From positions 1 to 61,633 of IMG/VR virus record IMGVR_UViG_3300037508_000909: DNA of 61,633 nucleotides; one strand, 5' to 3'. The stretch comes from a virus. Taxonomy: Duplodnaviria; Caudoviricetes. Below the pieces are notes generated by a model. That model did no database searches. It had not been told where the DNA came from and saw only the letters and a list, made by a program, of their open reading frames with translations. A program made the position numbers and the translations under genes. Every line of letters begins with the position of its first letter. The stretch's first letter is position 1. Below, piece after piece: positions 1 through 9,709 of the stretch.

Positions 1-24
1 CTCGTCAACTGACGACATAAATAT

Positions 25-369
25 ATGACCAGAATCGAAAAACTACAGGAGCGGTGGGCGAAAGTTGAGTCCGTCGCTGAAGCAAGGAAAACCGCAACCA
101 TCGCCGAGATTGCACAAAAGTACGGAATCTCCGGCGTGACTGTTTCAAACTGGACGCGACTGCACGCGCTCGGTTTTGAAAAGGCTTGTGAGTTGCTCGC
201 GCCGAAAGGTCGGAAAGCTGTTCGCAAAGGGCCGAAAGCGCGTCTCGCTCAGGCAGTTACGCTGCTTAAGAAGCTCGCCGAAACGCACATCGACGCACAA
301 CTCGTCGCGCAGGTAAACGCTTTCGTTGAGGAAGTTACGACAGCGAAACCCGAACCTGCCCTCGCGTAA
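25..369 (+). CDS. Small HTH DNA-binding protein
   Basis: TIAEIAQKYGISGVTVSNW is a helix-turn-helix pattern. Confidence 0.6.
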   Translation: MTRIEKLQERWAKVESVAEARKTATIAEIAQKYGISGVTVSNWTRLHALGFEKACELLAPKGRKAVRKGPKARLAQAVTLLKKLAETHIDAQLVAQVNAFVEEVTTAKPEPALA

Positions 370-376
370 CAAACCT

Positions 377-460
377 TGCGACACCTGCCGCTCGCGGTCA
401 CGGGTAATGCCGATGGCGACGCATAAGAGTGGTGTGACAGGTCGGAGAGTACGGCCACCA
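377..460 (+). ncRNA. Candidate structured RNA leader (possible pseudoknot plus hairpin)
   Basis: TGCG(377-380)/CGCA(420-423) crosses ACACC(381-385)/GGTGT(431-435); hairpin GGTCG-GAGAGTA-CGGCC at 440-456 lies just before ATG 465. Confidence 0.35.
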
Positions 461-464
461 AAAC

Positions 465-860
465 ATGAATACATACATCGGCACCAAAATTATTAACGCC
501 AAGTCAATGACGCTTGGCGAGTACAACGACCTGCGCGGCTGGAAAATGCCACCAGACGAGAGTTCGGCAAAAGAGGGCTATCTCGTCGAATATACGGATG
601 GCGGAACGCCAAACCACTCCGACTTCGATGGCTACATCTCTTGGAGTCCCAAGGAGGTTTTTGAGAGGGCGTATCGGCTAGTGGAGGGGATTACGTTCGG
701 AGCGGCCATCGAAGCCATGAAGCTTGGCAAGCGCGTTGCACGCGCTGGCTGGAACGGCAAGGGGATGCATCTGCAAATTGTGTCGGGAATGATTGTCCTC
801 AGCGGTTGGCTTGCCTCACAGACGGATATGCTCTCCGAAGACTGGCACATCGTGGATTAA
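465..860 (+). CDS. DUF2829 / Tad2-like putative immune-signal sponge with an N-terminal YIGTK...SWSPK domain
   Basis: FGAAIEAMKLGKRVARAGWNGKGM...WLASQTDMLSEDW is the DUF2829 signature. Confidence 0.8.
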   Translation: MNTYIGTKIINAKSMTLGEYNDLRGWKMPPDESSAKEGYLVEYTDGGTPNHSDFDGYISWSPKEVFERAYRLVEGITFGAAIEAMKLGKRVARAGWNGKGMHLQIVSGMIVLSGWLASQTDMLSEDWHIVD

Positions 861-897
861 TTATGGGAGGCTACCCTGTACAAACCATTACAAGACA

Positions 898-1092
898 ATG
901 TACTACGTCAAACGAAACGGACGCGAAGTCGAAGTCGCGTTTAGGGGCAAAAGGAAAGCAGTCGAAGTTATACTCGCAGTCGCAAAATCCGAAGGTGGAG
1001 TCACCGAGTTTGCCGAGTACGCGGGAGGCAAGGGGGCGTGGATTTGCTCGCCGGAAAACCAATACGACATCCGACGCCATGACATTAAATGA
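898..1092 (+). CDS. Hypothetical protein
   Basis: ATG 898 fills the gap between neighbours and overlaps the next start. Confidence 0.5.
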   Translation: MYYVKRNGREVEVAFRGKRKAVEVILAVAKSEGGVTEFAEYAGGKGAWICSPENQYDIRRHDIK

Positions 1093-1414
1093 CCTTGAAG
1101 CTGCCGTCCGGCAGTGGTCTGAGGAGCGCGGCATTTACGAGCATTCGACGAGTCTCGCGCAGTTTATGAAAGCCGTCTCGGAGGTCGGCGAGCTTGCCGA
1201 TGCGCTCATGCGGGCGGGCAAGTCCGATGGCGTTGCAGCGGCGTTCAACCGTGATGCAATCTCCGACGCGATTGGAGACATAACGGTCTGCCTCATCAAT
1301 GTTGCTCACCTTGAGGGCTTTAGCTTGCAGTCTTGCCTTGGTGCCGCATGGGAGCAGATACGCAACCGCAAAGGCAAGATGTTGCCATCAGGCGTTTTCC
1401 AAAAGGAGGCTTAA
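1079..1414 (+). CDS. MazG-like nucleotide pyrophosphohydrolase (copy 1)
   Basis: KAVSEVGELADAL...DAIGDITVCL gives ExxE...DxxD; start placed at ATG 1079. Confidence 0.8.
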   Translation: MTLNDLEAAVRQWSEERGIYEHSTSLAQFMKAVSEVGELADALMRAGKSDGVAAAFNRDAISDAIGDITVCLINVAHLEGFSLQSCLGAAWEQIRNRKGKMLPSGVFQKEA

Positions 1415-1770
1415 TGGTAAGCAGACCACTCAACGAGTTCGACGACTGCGACGACTTTGATGGCACGCAGCACCTGCCGGATGGTATCAACGGTGCGTAC
1501 CATCACAAAGAGTCCGCAAGCGAGAGCCAAGAACAGCCCCATGAGCTTGAGACTGCGCAGAAAATCATGCGCGATGCAGCGAAGTTTGTGTTACATAGCC
1601 AAAACTTGGATGCTGTTGTAACTATCTGCGCCAAAGCATCTAATGGAGAGGCAAGCGTCGCTGTCAACATCGGACAAAAAACATTCGATGCTGATTTGTT
1701 GAAATGCATTGCATCCGAACTGATTAGAGCGACTCAGCAAATCATTGATAAAGAGGAAGAAAGCGAATGA
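1414..1770 (+). CDS. Hypothetical acidic protein
   Basis: TAATG stop/start overlap at 1412-1416, preceded by GGAGG. Confidence 0.6.
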   Translation: MVSRPLNEFDDCDDFDGTQHLPDGINGAYHHKESASESQEQPHELETAQKIMRDAAKFVLHSQNLDAVVTICAKASNGEASVAVNIGQKTFDADLLKCIASELIRATQQIIDKEEESE

Positions 1771-2318
1771 TGTACACGTTCGCTGGGGAACTCCCTCGGC
1801 ATCAGTACGTTTGGGTGGACTCGCGATTCACGCACATCAAACCACAGGGATTCATCCCTGCGGTTTGGTTCGCAATAACATCCACGCCAGCAAGGATGTG
1901 GGGATGCTCGGTGATGCTTGAGAGCGGAGCCATTTACAGGGGGCTTCCGCTGCACGCACTCGCAAGCCGAGAGCGTCCCGTTGATGGGTGGGGGCCACGC
2001 GCATCGCAGGAGTGGGGATGCTACGGCTGGCAGTTCTCGACAATAGCGTACACCTACCTCTGCGGACTCCCGCTCGTCGCTCAGTGCGGCAACCGAAAGT
2101 TTCAAGGCGAGTACGTCTTCACCGCTGCCCCATTCAACGACGGGTTTTCAGACGAGCCGGAGCAGTCGAAAGAATTCGTGTTCGCGGCACTTGACAATGG
2201 GAGATTTACTAGTCAGCCGACGAACCGAGTGGTATTCAGTGAGCGGTCGTTTACGAGCGAAGCAATCAAGTTCCCGTCCGGACTGAAGCGGGCGCGTCAT
2301 AAATACTCTGTCGAATGA
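1767..2318 (+). CDS. Hypothetical phage protein
   Basis: 183-aa ORF with ATGA overlaps at both ends. Confidence 0.7.
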   Translation: MMYTFAGELPRHQYVWVDSRFTHIKPQGFIPAVWFAITSTPARMWGCSVMLESGAIYRGLPLHALASRERPVDGWGPRASQEWGCYGWQFSTIAYTYLCGLPLVAQCGNRKFQGEYVFTAAPFNDGFSDEPEQSKEFVFAALDNGRFTSQPTNRVVFSERSFTSEAIKFPSGLKRARHKYSVE

Positions 2319-2818
2319 GCAAAAAGAAGCCATACCAAGTCGAAGAAACAAACCTGTCTGCGTTAACTCGTTACGCATTCAACCCGCGCACACACACCGA
2401 TTCGCAAATCGACCTCATTGCGGAGTCCATAAAGCGATTCGGCTGGACGGTGCCAATACTCGTTGACGAAAACAACCGGATTGTGGCTGGTCACGGTCGC
2501 GCTCTCGCAGCGAGCCGACTGGGCCTTGAAAAGGTGCCATGCATCCGGCTTTCCGGCCTGTCTGAGGCCGAGATTCGGGCGTACACCATCGCAGACAACC
2601 GACTCGCCCAGCTTTCGGCGTGGGACGACGACGTTCTGTCCTCGGAACTCGATGCGATTCTGGAGGCAGACCCGTCGTTCAAGACGGTCGTCGGATTCAC
2701 AGAGCAGGAGATTGCGGATATGATTGGCTCGCCAGCGGAAGTGCCTGAGCCTAAAGAGGAAAAGCCGAAGAAAGATACGACGATTTGCCCGAAGTGCTTG
2801 CATGAGTTTGTGTTATGA
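2315..2818 (+). CDS. ParB/Srx-like (ParBc) domain protein with C-terminal CPKC
   Basis: NPRTH..QIDLIAESIKRFGWTVPILVD...IVAGHGR...AYTIADNRLA. Confidence 0.85.
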   Translation: MSKKKPYQVEETNLSALTRYAFNPRTHTDSQIDLIAESIKRFGWTVPILVDENNRIVAGHGRALAASRLGLEKVPCIRLSGLSEAEIRAYTIADNRLAQLSAWDDDVLSSELDAILEADPSFKTVVGFTEQEIADMIGSPAEVPEPKEEKPKKDTTICPKCLHEFVL

Positions 2819-3399
2819 AGCTGATTCAAGGAATGATGCCCCCGAATGGATTTCACTTCCCAGAAGGGAAAGTGATTTTAAGGGCTGGTTCCCTTCAAGA
2901 ATTGGTGAGCGTTGTTGAGGCGTATCGCGCTGAAAATGACATTCCATACAAAGACGTTGAGCCGGAGATACATGAGTATTTCTGTAGCCGTTGGCCTAAC
3001 TTTTGTCATTTTTATGACAATGAACAGGCTTTACAGCAGCCATTTGTTTCTCCTGTAGCGCAACCGACGCTTTTGAATGACCTGCAAGCATGGTCGTCGT
3101 CGATAATCAATCAGCAAAATGAACCGCTTGGTGTTGATGCGGGCGTCGCAGAAGCGCGGGCTGAGATTTGCAAGCAGTGCGACCACAATGTGAAGTGGAA
3201 GAGCGGATGCGGAAGCTGCATCAATGCGGTCGAACGAACGACGGCTGCAATCCGCTCCGCGAGGGACACAACGACGAGCAAAAAACTTGGAGCGTGCAAC
3301 GTCATGCGGCACTGCAACCGCACCGCTGTTTGGCTCGACAAAACCGCTTTCCTGAATCCTGCAAGTCCGCTTCCCAAAGCGTGCTGGCTCAACCAATAA
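2815..3399 (+). CDS. Cys-rich protein upstream of portal
   Basis: 194 aa with CKQC, CGSC and further Cys; coupled to neighbours. Confidence 0.7.
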   Translation: MKLIQGMMPPNGFHFPEGKVILRAGSLQELVSVVEAYRAENDIPYKDVEPEIHEYFCSRWPNFCHFYDNEQALQQPFVSPVAQPTLLNDLQAWSSSIINQQNEPLGVDAGVAEARAEICKQCDHNVKWKSGCGSCINAVERTTAAIRSARDTTTSKKLGACNVMRHCNRTAVWLDKTAFLNPASPLPKACWLNQ

Positions 3400-3403
3400 C
3401 GAT

Positions 3404-5821
3404 ATGGCAGACGTAGCAAAACCCTTCGACCCAAGCATTACGGACAAGTTCGCGGACAAAGCACCTCGCATTGAAAACGTCGGGGATAGGCCGCGTGGGC
3501 TGCGTCTTGATGTCAGTGACAAAACGAACGACAGCAACGATACCGTTGACCCAAAGACGCTAAAGGTTCGACGCACGTTCCGCGACGCCGCTCAGGCGTA
3601 TTCGGCTTATAAACGCCTGAAACAGCAGAACTTGGAGCGCAACCGCAAAAACCAGTTGATTCAGAAGAAGTTAAACAACGAAACTCCATACGAGCCGAAG
3701 AAGCTGGAGAGCATGGGCCAAAACTGGCGCAGTAATCGCCCGACCGGATTCCTATCGACGATGGCTGGCCGCGTTCAGGCACCGTTCAAGGCGACGGTGG
3801 AACAGGCTGCTTCCCTGACGTTTGCAAAGTACCCTATCGAGTCGGTTGACTCGGAGCGCAAAACGAAAATCTTCCGCGAAGAGATAACCAAGTGCATTCG
3901 GGCTTGGCGCGGCTTTGATGACCTTGTGGCGCAGGTTGTGCATGAAAACACGGTCTTTGGTTATTGTGCGTTGATTTGGGACGATTTGCGCGACTGGAAG
4001 CCCGACTTCCTCCGGCAGGACTACGTTTTCTTTTCCGTCGAGCAGCCGCAAGTGTCTGATGCGACGCCCATTTTTGCACGCAAGCGTCGGTATCTCATCG
4101 CCGAGTTGTTGCCCGTGCTGGAGGTTCCGGACATTTCGGTGATGGCGGGATGGCACCTCAAAAACCTCATCAAAGCCATCAACAGCGCGACGCCAACAGG
4201 CCGCTCGCTCGATAGCAACGACGACGCCCGCCGCGTCGAAGATTGGATTCGTGAGGGCAGTTACGGGGCTTCCTACGAGTCGGATGCAAAGTACGTTGAC
4301 TTGGGCGAGGTCGTTGTTCGTGAGCCGCATGGGCGCGTCTCTCGCTACCTCGTTGACGACAAAACGGGCGACGAAATCTGCACCCAGCTTGACCGCTACG
4401 CAAAGATGTCGGACGCGCTCGCGCTCTTCTCTGTCGATATCGGGAATGGGAACTTGATGTCTTCTCGCGGCGTTGGGCGCGACCTTTACAACACGCACGT
4501 CGCCATCGACAAGTCGCGCAACCTTGTAGTTGACAACACTTTAGTGCGCTCTTTGCTGCTCCTAAAGAAGGGGCCGCTTGCAAAGCCAAACATTGCTCCT
4601 CTCACGGTTAGCAACCCAATCGCAATAGTTTCAGAAGGTTACGAAGTCATCCCACAGTCGCCTCCTGCCGACATTCAGGACTTCATCATGCTCGACAACT
4701 TCCAATCGAGACTCGCTGAAATCCAGATTGGTACGTTCTTGCCGTCGTCGGCGATGAACCAAGGCGACCCTAAAACGGCTTCGGAAATCAATCGCATCGC
4801 CTCCATCGAAAACCAGATTCGCGAAGGCATCCTGACGCGCTTCTCGCGGCAGTTCTCGCTCGCTGTCGAGCGGATGCAGCGCGGCATCGCCCATCCAGAG
4901 CACATTAAAGCTGCTGCCGACCTCAAACTGAAAGTCGATTTGGCGAGGCAGGTTGACCCGAATGCTGTTTGGGCGAGGCGTGAGGTGGTCGATGCGTTCG
5001 AGCAGTCTTCAATGCAGATGCCTCCGTTCCTTGTGGCGTTTGAGGTGCCGCGTCATCTCGACGAAGATGCGGTCAACTGTTGCTATCAGATGATGGAGCG
5101 CAACCTGCCTCCGTCTGACATTTTGCTCATGGCATTCTCGCCAGCCGCTGAACTGAACCCAGATACGACGGCTCAGGATTTGCAGATTCTCGACCTGATG
5201 ATTACCAAGTACATGGGCAATCCGAACATCGACCAAGACAAGTTGATGAAGCTGGATTGGACGCGCAAGCTGGGCGAGACCATTGCAAACGAAGTCATCC
5301 TTCCGAAAGACTCTGTTGAGGCGATTGCAATCGAAGCGACTCGCCAGCAAATTATTGAGTTGCAATCGATTATCGCTGGTCAGGAAGTCCCGATTTCTCC
5401 TCGCGACAATGATATGGTTCACCTCAACACGATGGCTGCGAAGCTCGCTCCGGTGATTCAAAACATTCCGCCAAACGGACTTCCGCCAGAGGGAATCATG
5501 CCGCTCGTCGCGGCCTTTGGACATTTCGCGCAGCACATTCAAAACGCCGAAGCCAAAGGAGCACCTCGCGAGCAGTTGGAGCCGTTCAAAGAGCTTTACA
5601 AGCTGGCCGCGCAACAGATTCAGCGCGGGCAAAATGTTCCGCCGCCGCCAGATATCGAGCCAGCAGCCGCTCCTCCAAGAGGCGGAGGTGCTCCGCGTCG
5701 CCCAAGCGCAGCAATGCAAGGAGTTGCTGGAGAGGCGTATACAAACCAAAGCGGCCCATCGCAGAATCAAGTCATTTCGGAGATTTCCAATCCGCCAAAA
5801 CCGCAAACATCAGCAGTATAA
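3404..5821 (+). CDS. Portal protein (probable)
   Basis: 805 aa, first gene of head module; KTASEI motif and P/Q-rich C-terminal tail as in P22/T7-type portals. Confidence 0.75.
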   Translation: MADVAKPFDPSITDKFADKAPRIENVGDRPRGLRLDVSDKTNDSNDTVDPKTLKVRRTFRDAAQAYSAYKRLKQQNLERNRKNQLIQKKLNNETPYEPKKLESMGQNWRSNRPTGFLSTMAGRVQAPFKATVEQAASLTFAKYPIESVDSERKTKIFREEITKCIRAWRGFDDLVAQVVHENTVFGYCALIWDDLRDWKPDFLRQDYVFFSVEQPQVSDATPIFARKRRYLIAELLPVLEVPDISVMAGWHLKNLIKAINSATPTGRSLDSNDDARRVEDWIREGSYGASYESDAKYVDLGEVVVREPHGRVSRYLVDDKTGDEICTQLDRYAKMSDALALFSVDIGNGNLMSSRGVGRDLYNTHVAIDKSRNLVVDNTLVRSLLLLKKGPLAKPNIAPLTVSNPIAIVSEGYEVIPQSPPADIQDFIMLDNFQSRLAEIQIGTFLPSSAMNQGDPKTASEINRIASIENQIREGILTRFSRQFSLAVERMQRGIAHPEHIKAAADLKLKVDLARQVDPNAVWARREVVDAFEQSSMQMPPFLVAFEVPRHLDEDAVNCCYQMMERNLPPSDILLMAFSPAAELNPDTTAQDLQILDLMITKYMGNPNIDQDKLMKLDWTRKLGETIANEVILPKDSVEAIAIEATRQQIIELQSIIAGQEVPISPRDNDMVHLNTMAAKLAPVIQNIPPNGLPPEGIMPLVAAFGHFAQHIQNAEAKGAPREQLEPFKELYKLAAQQIQRGQNVPPPPDIEPAAAPPRGGGAPRRPSAAMQGVAGEAYTNQSGPSQNQVISEISNPPKPQTSAV

Positions 5822-5827
5822 ACACAT

Positions 5828-6061
5828 ATGTGGAAACCAGAAGACACAACGCTTTTGCGCGATTACAACGCAAAAGCAAAAGGGAAGCTCGTCGAGTTTC
5901 TTAAATCGCAGTGCCCGCCTGTTTTAGGCACTAACATTGAAGAGGTTGCCTTGGAGGCAAAATACAAACAGGGCTACGAGCGAGCCGTGGACATTATCAT
6001 GGGGCTGCTTAAAGCGCAGGATGAAGACAACGACGGGGGAACCAAACACGCGCAGATGTAA
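5828..6061 (+). CDS. Small protein between portal and scaffold
   Basis: 77-aa ORF in tight operon spacing. Confidence 0.7.
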   Translation: MWKPEDTTLLRDYNAKAKGKLVEFLKSQCPPVLGTNIEEVALEAKYKQGYERAVDIIMGLLKAQDEDNDGGTKHAQM

Positions 6062-6063
6062 TT

Positions 6064-7287
6064 ATGGACGGAGCCGAAGATGATTTTACGGTAGAAAATC
6101 TCGATGCTGAACCAATCAGCGCAGATTTAGATTCGCACATCGACTCGATGCTGGATGCTGCCGAAGCGGCTAATTCCGGCACGTCAGGCGACAACACGTC
6201 GGAAGGAGGACTCGCTGAACAGGCTCAGAAGCTCGCTGAATCTCAGCAGCCAACGCCCCCTCAACAACAACAGCAAACGCCTGACGACGACATCGCTGCA
6301 ATCGCAGAGCCGGAGGGCATGAGCGAGAAGAATCGCTCGAACTGGCAGAGGCTCCGAGAAGCAGCCGCGACGTACAAAAAGCAAGCCGCTGAAGCAGAAC
6401 AGCTTAGGCAGCGCATCGCGGAGCTTGAAAAGGGGCAACCGCAAACGACTGCGCCGGAGGACTATGAGGAACTCAAAAAGTTCAAGGCGACGTTCGACAT
6501 TCAAAATGACCCATCATTCCGGCAGAAGTTCTCTGACCAAATCGACAAGGCATCGCAAGGGATTTACGGGCTGCTCAAGAAGTGGAAAGCGAGCGATGAG
6601 ACAATCACTGCGATTCAAAACGTGGGCGGGCCGAGCAAGGTTCCGTTGTCATGGTGGAAAACCAACGTCATCGACAAGCTGGCTGCTTCCGAAGAGACCT
6701 ATCTCGACGCTCGAAAAATCGAAAACGCGCTGGCGCAACTCGATGACATCGAAGCCGAGATGCAGTCCGAGATTGAAAACGCAAAGCAGAATGCGGATGG
6801 GTGGTACAAAAACAAGATGGAGGAGTTCCAACAGAACTTTAACAAAAACCACGAAGAGGCTTGGAAGCACGTTGACGAACTGACCAAGGACATTCCCGCC
6901 TTCAGATACAAAGAAGTCCCGCAAAATGCTTCTCAAGAAGAGCTTGCGAAAATCAACTCGCACAACGAATACGTTAAGGACTTGGAGGGCAAGTATATGT
7001 CTGCTCTCTACCCGAAGACGGTGAAGGATGCAGCGACGGTTGCAGCAGCGGCGACGCTCTCGCACATTCTGACGCACCAGTTGGAGGTCGAGCAGAAGGA
7101 AAAGGCTTCGTTGCTCGCCGAGTTGAATCAACTTCGCGGGCGGATGGGAGCCGTGAGCGGAGCGGGCCGGATGCCGAAGTCAAACGCATCAACTGTTGTT
7201 GCTCAACCGCAAGTGTCTTCTGCATCGAGGATTAGCATGAATTCACTTGATGCAATCGAGGCAGGGCTGAGTGAAGCAGAGAGATAA
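6064..7287 (+). CDS. Capsid scaffolding protein (probable)
   Basis: Acidic N-terminus and coiled coils; lies between portal and capsid. Confidence 0.65.
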   Translation: MDGAEDDFTVENLDAEPISADLDSHIDSMLDAAEAANSGTSGDNTSEGGLAEQAQKLAESQQPTPPQQQQQTPDDDIAAIAEPEGMSEKNRSNWQRLREAAATYKKQAAEAEQLRQRIAELEKGQPQTTAPEDYEELKKFKATFDIQNDPSFRQKFSDQIDKASQGIYGLLKKWKASDETITAIQNVGGPSKVPLSWWKTNVIDKLAASEETYLDARKIENALAQLDDIEAEMQSEIENAKQNADGWYKNKMEEFQQNFNKNHEEAWKHVDELTKDIPAFRYKEVPQNASQEELAKINSHNEYVKDLEGKYMSALYPKTVKDAATVAAAATLSHILTHQLEVEQKEKASLLAELNQLRGRMGAVSGAGRMPKSNASTVVAQPQVSSASRISMNSLDAIEAGLSEAER

Positions 7288-7295
7288 ATACAACC

Positions 7296-8207
7296 ATGAA
7301 AATAATTCGTACAAAAACAAAAGACATGAAAGAAGGCGAAGAGCCTTCCTTTAACCCATTTGGAACAGATTTTGATGAAGTGCAAATGCCTGAATCAGAA
7401 CAAGAAGCATTGCCTCAGCCTCAAGCCGAATCAGAGCCAGAGCCGGAACCTGAAGTGAAGCCAGAGCCGGAGCCTCAGCCCGTTGAGCGAAAGCGCAAAT
7501 CACTCGCGATGAACGAGTCGAAAACCGAGCGCGGCAACAATCGATTCACGCCGGACTGGGAAGGGCGCGAAATAACGCTGGGCCTTCCTTGGGTGCATGA
7601 AGCGAGCAAGCGCACGCTCATCGCATTGCTGGCTCTTGCTGTTGATTGTGGCAAGGAGCGGTTGCGGATTGATTGGGAGTTCTCGCAGGACACTGTTCAC
7701 GACGCGAAAAACAGCATCTGCGACCGATTCCTCAAGGAAGCTGAAAGCCAGTGGCTCTTCCTGCTCGGCGAGCAATACACGCCCGCTGTTGGGCGAGCGG
7801 GAGTGCTGCGCGGGCTTTTTGTTGAGCGTTCCAAAACATTCTCTGACGATGTTTTAGAGCGTCACGTTTTAAAGCGAATGTTTGCGGCTGGGAAAACCGT
7901 TGTGGGTGCGCTTGTTGGCTCACCTCGCAATGGACTCTTAAAAGCCGATTCAGCCATCCGAGCAGAAATGGCTGATGCTCTTCCGAATCGCGTTGAAGGT
8001 GTAAAATGGACTAGCAGCGACTGTATGCTCATCCATCGCAGTGCGCTTCAGGACATTATAAAGACATTCCCTGCGCGAGCGATTGACAACAAGCCGTTTC
8101 AATTCTTCACGCCTCAACCAGAACTTACTGGTGATGAGGCATTTTGCAGGATGGCGCAAGCTAGTGGGCATATCCCGCACATCGATTTGGCAATCCCAGT
8201 TTTCTAG
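7296..8207 (+). CDS. GT-A (family 2-like) glycosyltransferase-fold protein, apparently degenerate, with EPEPE linker
   Basis: DAKNSICDRFL, VVGAL, CMLIHRSAL and GDEAFCRMA follow phage GT2 motif order; DxD appears replaced. Confidence 0.55.
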   Translation: MKIIRTKTKDMKEGEEPSFNPFGTDFDEVQMPESEQEALPQPQAESEPEPEPEVKPEPEPQPVERKRKSLAMNESKTERGNNRFTPDWEGREITLGLPWVHEASKRTLIALLALAVDCGKERLRIDWEFSQDTVHDAKNSICDRFLKEAESQWLFLLGEQYTPAVGRAGVLRGLFVERSKTFSDDVLERHVLKRMFAAGKTVVGALVGSPRNGLLKADSAIRAEMADALPNRVEGVKWTSSDCMLIHRSALQDIIKTFPARAIDNKPFQFFTPQPELTGDEAFCRMAQASGHIPHIDLAIPVF

Positions 8208-8222
8208 GCTGAGAAGCAAATC

Positions 8223-8259
8223 AACCTCCGCTCCTTTTTGGGGCGGGGGTTATTTTTTT
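8223..8259 (+). terminator. Rho-independent terminator
   Basis: AACCTCCGCTCC-TTTTT-GGGGCGGGGGTT followed by ATTTTTTT. Confidence 0.75.
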
Positions 8260-8281
8260 GTCGATTCATCAAAAAAGCCTA

Positions 8282-8310
8282 TTGACCTCAATCGAGGTTT
8301 GAGCTAGTTC
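8282..8310 (+). promoter_or_regulatory. Putative promoter of the capsid gene
   Basis: TTGACC-17 nt-TAGTTC after an A-tract, just downstream of a terminator. Confidence 0.5.
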
Positions 8311-8317
8311 CAGAAAT

Positions 8318-8500
8318 AGCTCGGCGCACTCCCTCCGAATGGGAGCGACTCGCAGGTGTCAAAATGACCTGCAAATCAGGCCGCAACAACTGCCCAAGCG
8401 TGCCGTGGGCGTGAACCAAACTGCCATCATCGATGGCACCGCTTTGTATCGCGCCATTTTTTTGCGAACGAAGCAAAAAGCTCTAACTCTCTTAAAATCA
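8318..8500 (+). ncRNA. Structured 5' leader of major capsid mRNA (cis-regulatory RNA candidate)
   Basis: Five hairpins (8329-8345, 8352-8372, 8392-8410, 8422-8438, 8459-8479) and a possible closing helix GGCGC/GCGCC. Confidence 0.45.
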
Positions 8501-8501
8501 T

Positions 8502-9707
8502 ATGCCTAACGATTGTATCAATATTGACGTAGCCAACAACTTCGCAGCCAAAGACACCAACCGTATCGTTGGTCAAATTGCGAAGACGCTTGCTCGCAAG
8601 AGCCCATTCATCAACGTGCTCGACGGGGGGACGTTGCCGAATGTTTCTGAAACTGTACGGAGCGTCGTGCAGGAAATGTCGTATCCAAACTCCGTATCGA
8701 ACATCGCTTCGCCGACGTTCACGGATGACATTTCGATGTGCGGCATCGGCGCAACGCCTGATGACGTTGGCTCGACCGAGTATTCGTTCAAGCTTGAAAC
8801 GCTGCGCGGACGCGGCCCCCGCGTTTGCGTAAAGACCGCTCGAACGGCTTTCAAGAACGCCTACCTGCAAGCGCAAATCTCTCTGGAGAAGACGATTCTG
8901 CAAATCATCAATGCGGACATTCGCTTCCAACTCCAGAAGATGTGCGGAATCAAGTACGTCGTCAAAGCTGCTGAAACCTTCGGAAACTGCGTCCGAGGGG
9001 ATATGCAAGCCCTCAACACGACCTATGGCGCGACGACGAATCTCCCAACTGGCGATTTGAACTTCCGCACGCTTTATCGCATCGGCAGTTTCCTTCGTGA
9101 GGAAATGTTGGCAGAGCCGTTCTCCACGGCTGAGGGAGAGTTCTTCCGCGTTATCGCTTCTGCTGATGCAATCGAAAAATTGCGTAATGACGCAGACGTG
9201 AAGGAAGACCTTAACTACCTGTCGGCTGGTTCTTTCAAGCTGGGCGAAGAGTCCATCAAAGGGTATCAATTCCAAGGCTATCGTGGCTTTGCGTTTGGCA
9301 TTGACCAGCAGCCTCTGCGGTTCAATACCATCGATGCGAATGGATATCCGGTGTTCATCAACCCAATTACGAAAGTGTCTGCAACCAATGGCTTTGCAAC
9401 ACGCCGGAACTCTGCGTGGGTTTCTGCTGCGTATGAAGTCGCGTTGCTTATCGGCGGAGACTCGTTTAAGCGTTTGATTCCAGAATCTTACACTGGCGAG
9501 GGCACATTCAAGTGGGCTCCTCAGTTGTTCTCTGGCGAGCTTGAGTGGACGTATTTCCGTGATAACGACTGCAATATGTACGGCGACTTTGGGCAGCACA
9601 TCTACCAGATTCAGCGTGCGTATCAGCCTGTTCGTCCGCAGAACGTAGTGGCAATCGCTTACAAGCGTTGCGGCGAAAACCTCGGTGTGACGACCTGCAC
9701 CATCTAA
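8502..9707 (+). CDS. Major capsid protein (probable)
   Basis: 401 aa, follows scaffold, has its own promoter and downstream terminator; C-terminal PVRPQNVVAI resembles HK97-fold capsid ends. Confidence 0.8.
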   Translation: MPNDCINIDVANNFAAKDTNRIVGQIAKTLARKSPFINVLDGGTLPNVSETVRSVVQEMSYPNSVSNIASPTFTDDISMCGIGATPDDVGSTEYSFKLETLRGRGPRVCVKTARTAFKNAYLQAQISLEKTILQIINADIRFQLQKMCGIKYVVKAAETFGNCVRGDMQALNTTYGATTNLPTGDLNFRTLYRIGSFLREEMLAEPFSTAEGEFFRVIASADAIEKLRNDADVKEDLNYLSAGSFKLGEESIKGYQFQGYRGFAFGIDQQPLRFNTIDANGYPVFINPITKVSATNGFATRRNSAWVSAAYEVALLIGGDSFKRLIPESYTGEGTFKWAPQLFSGELEWTYFRDNDCNMYGDFGQHIYQIQRAYQPVRPQNVVAIAYKRCGENLGVTTCTI

Positions 9708-9709
9708 AG

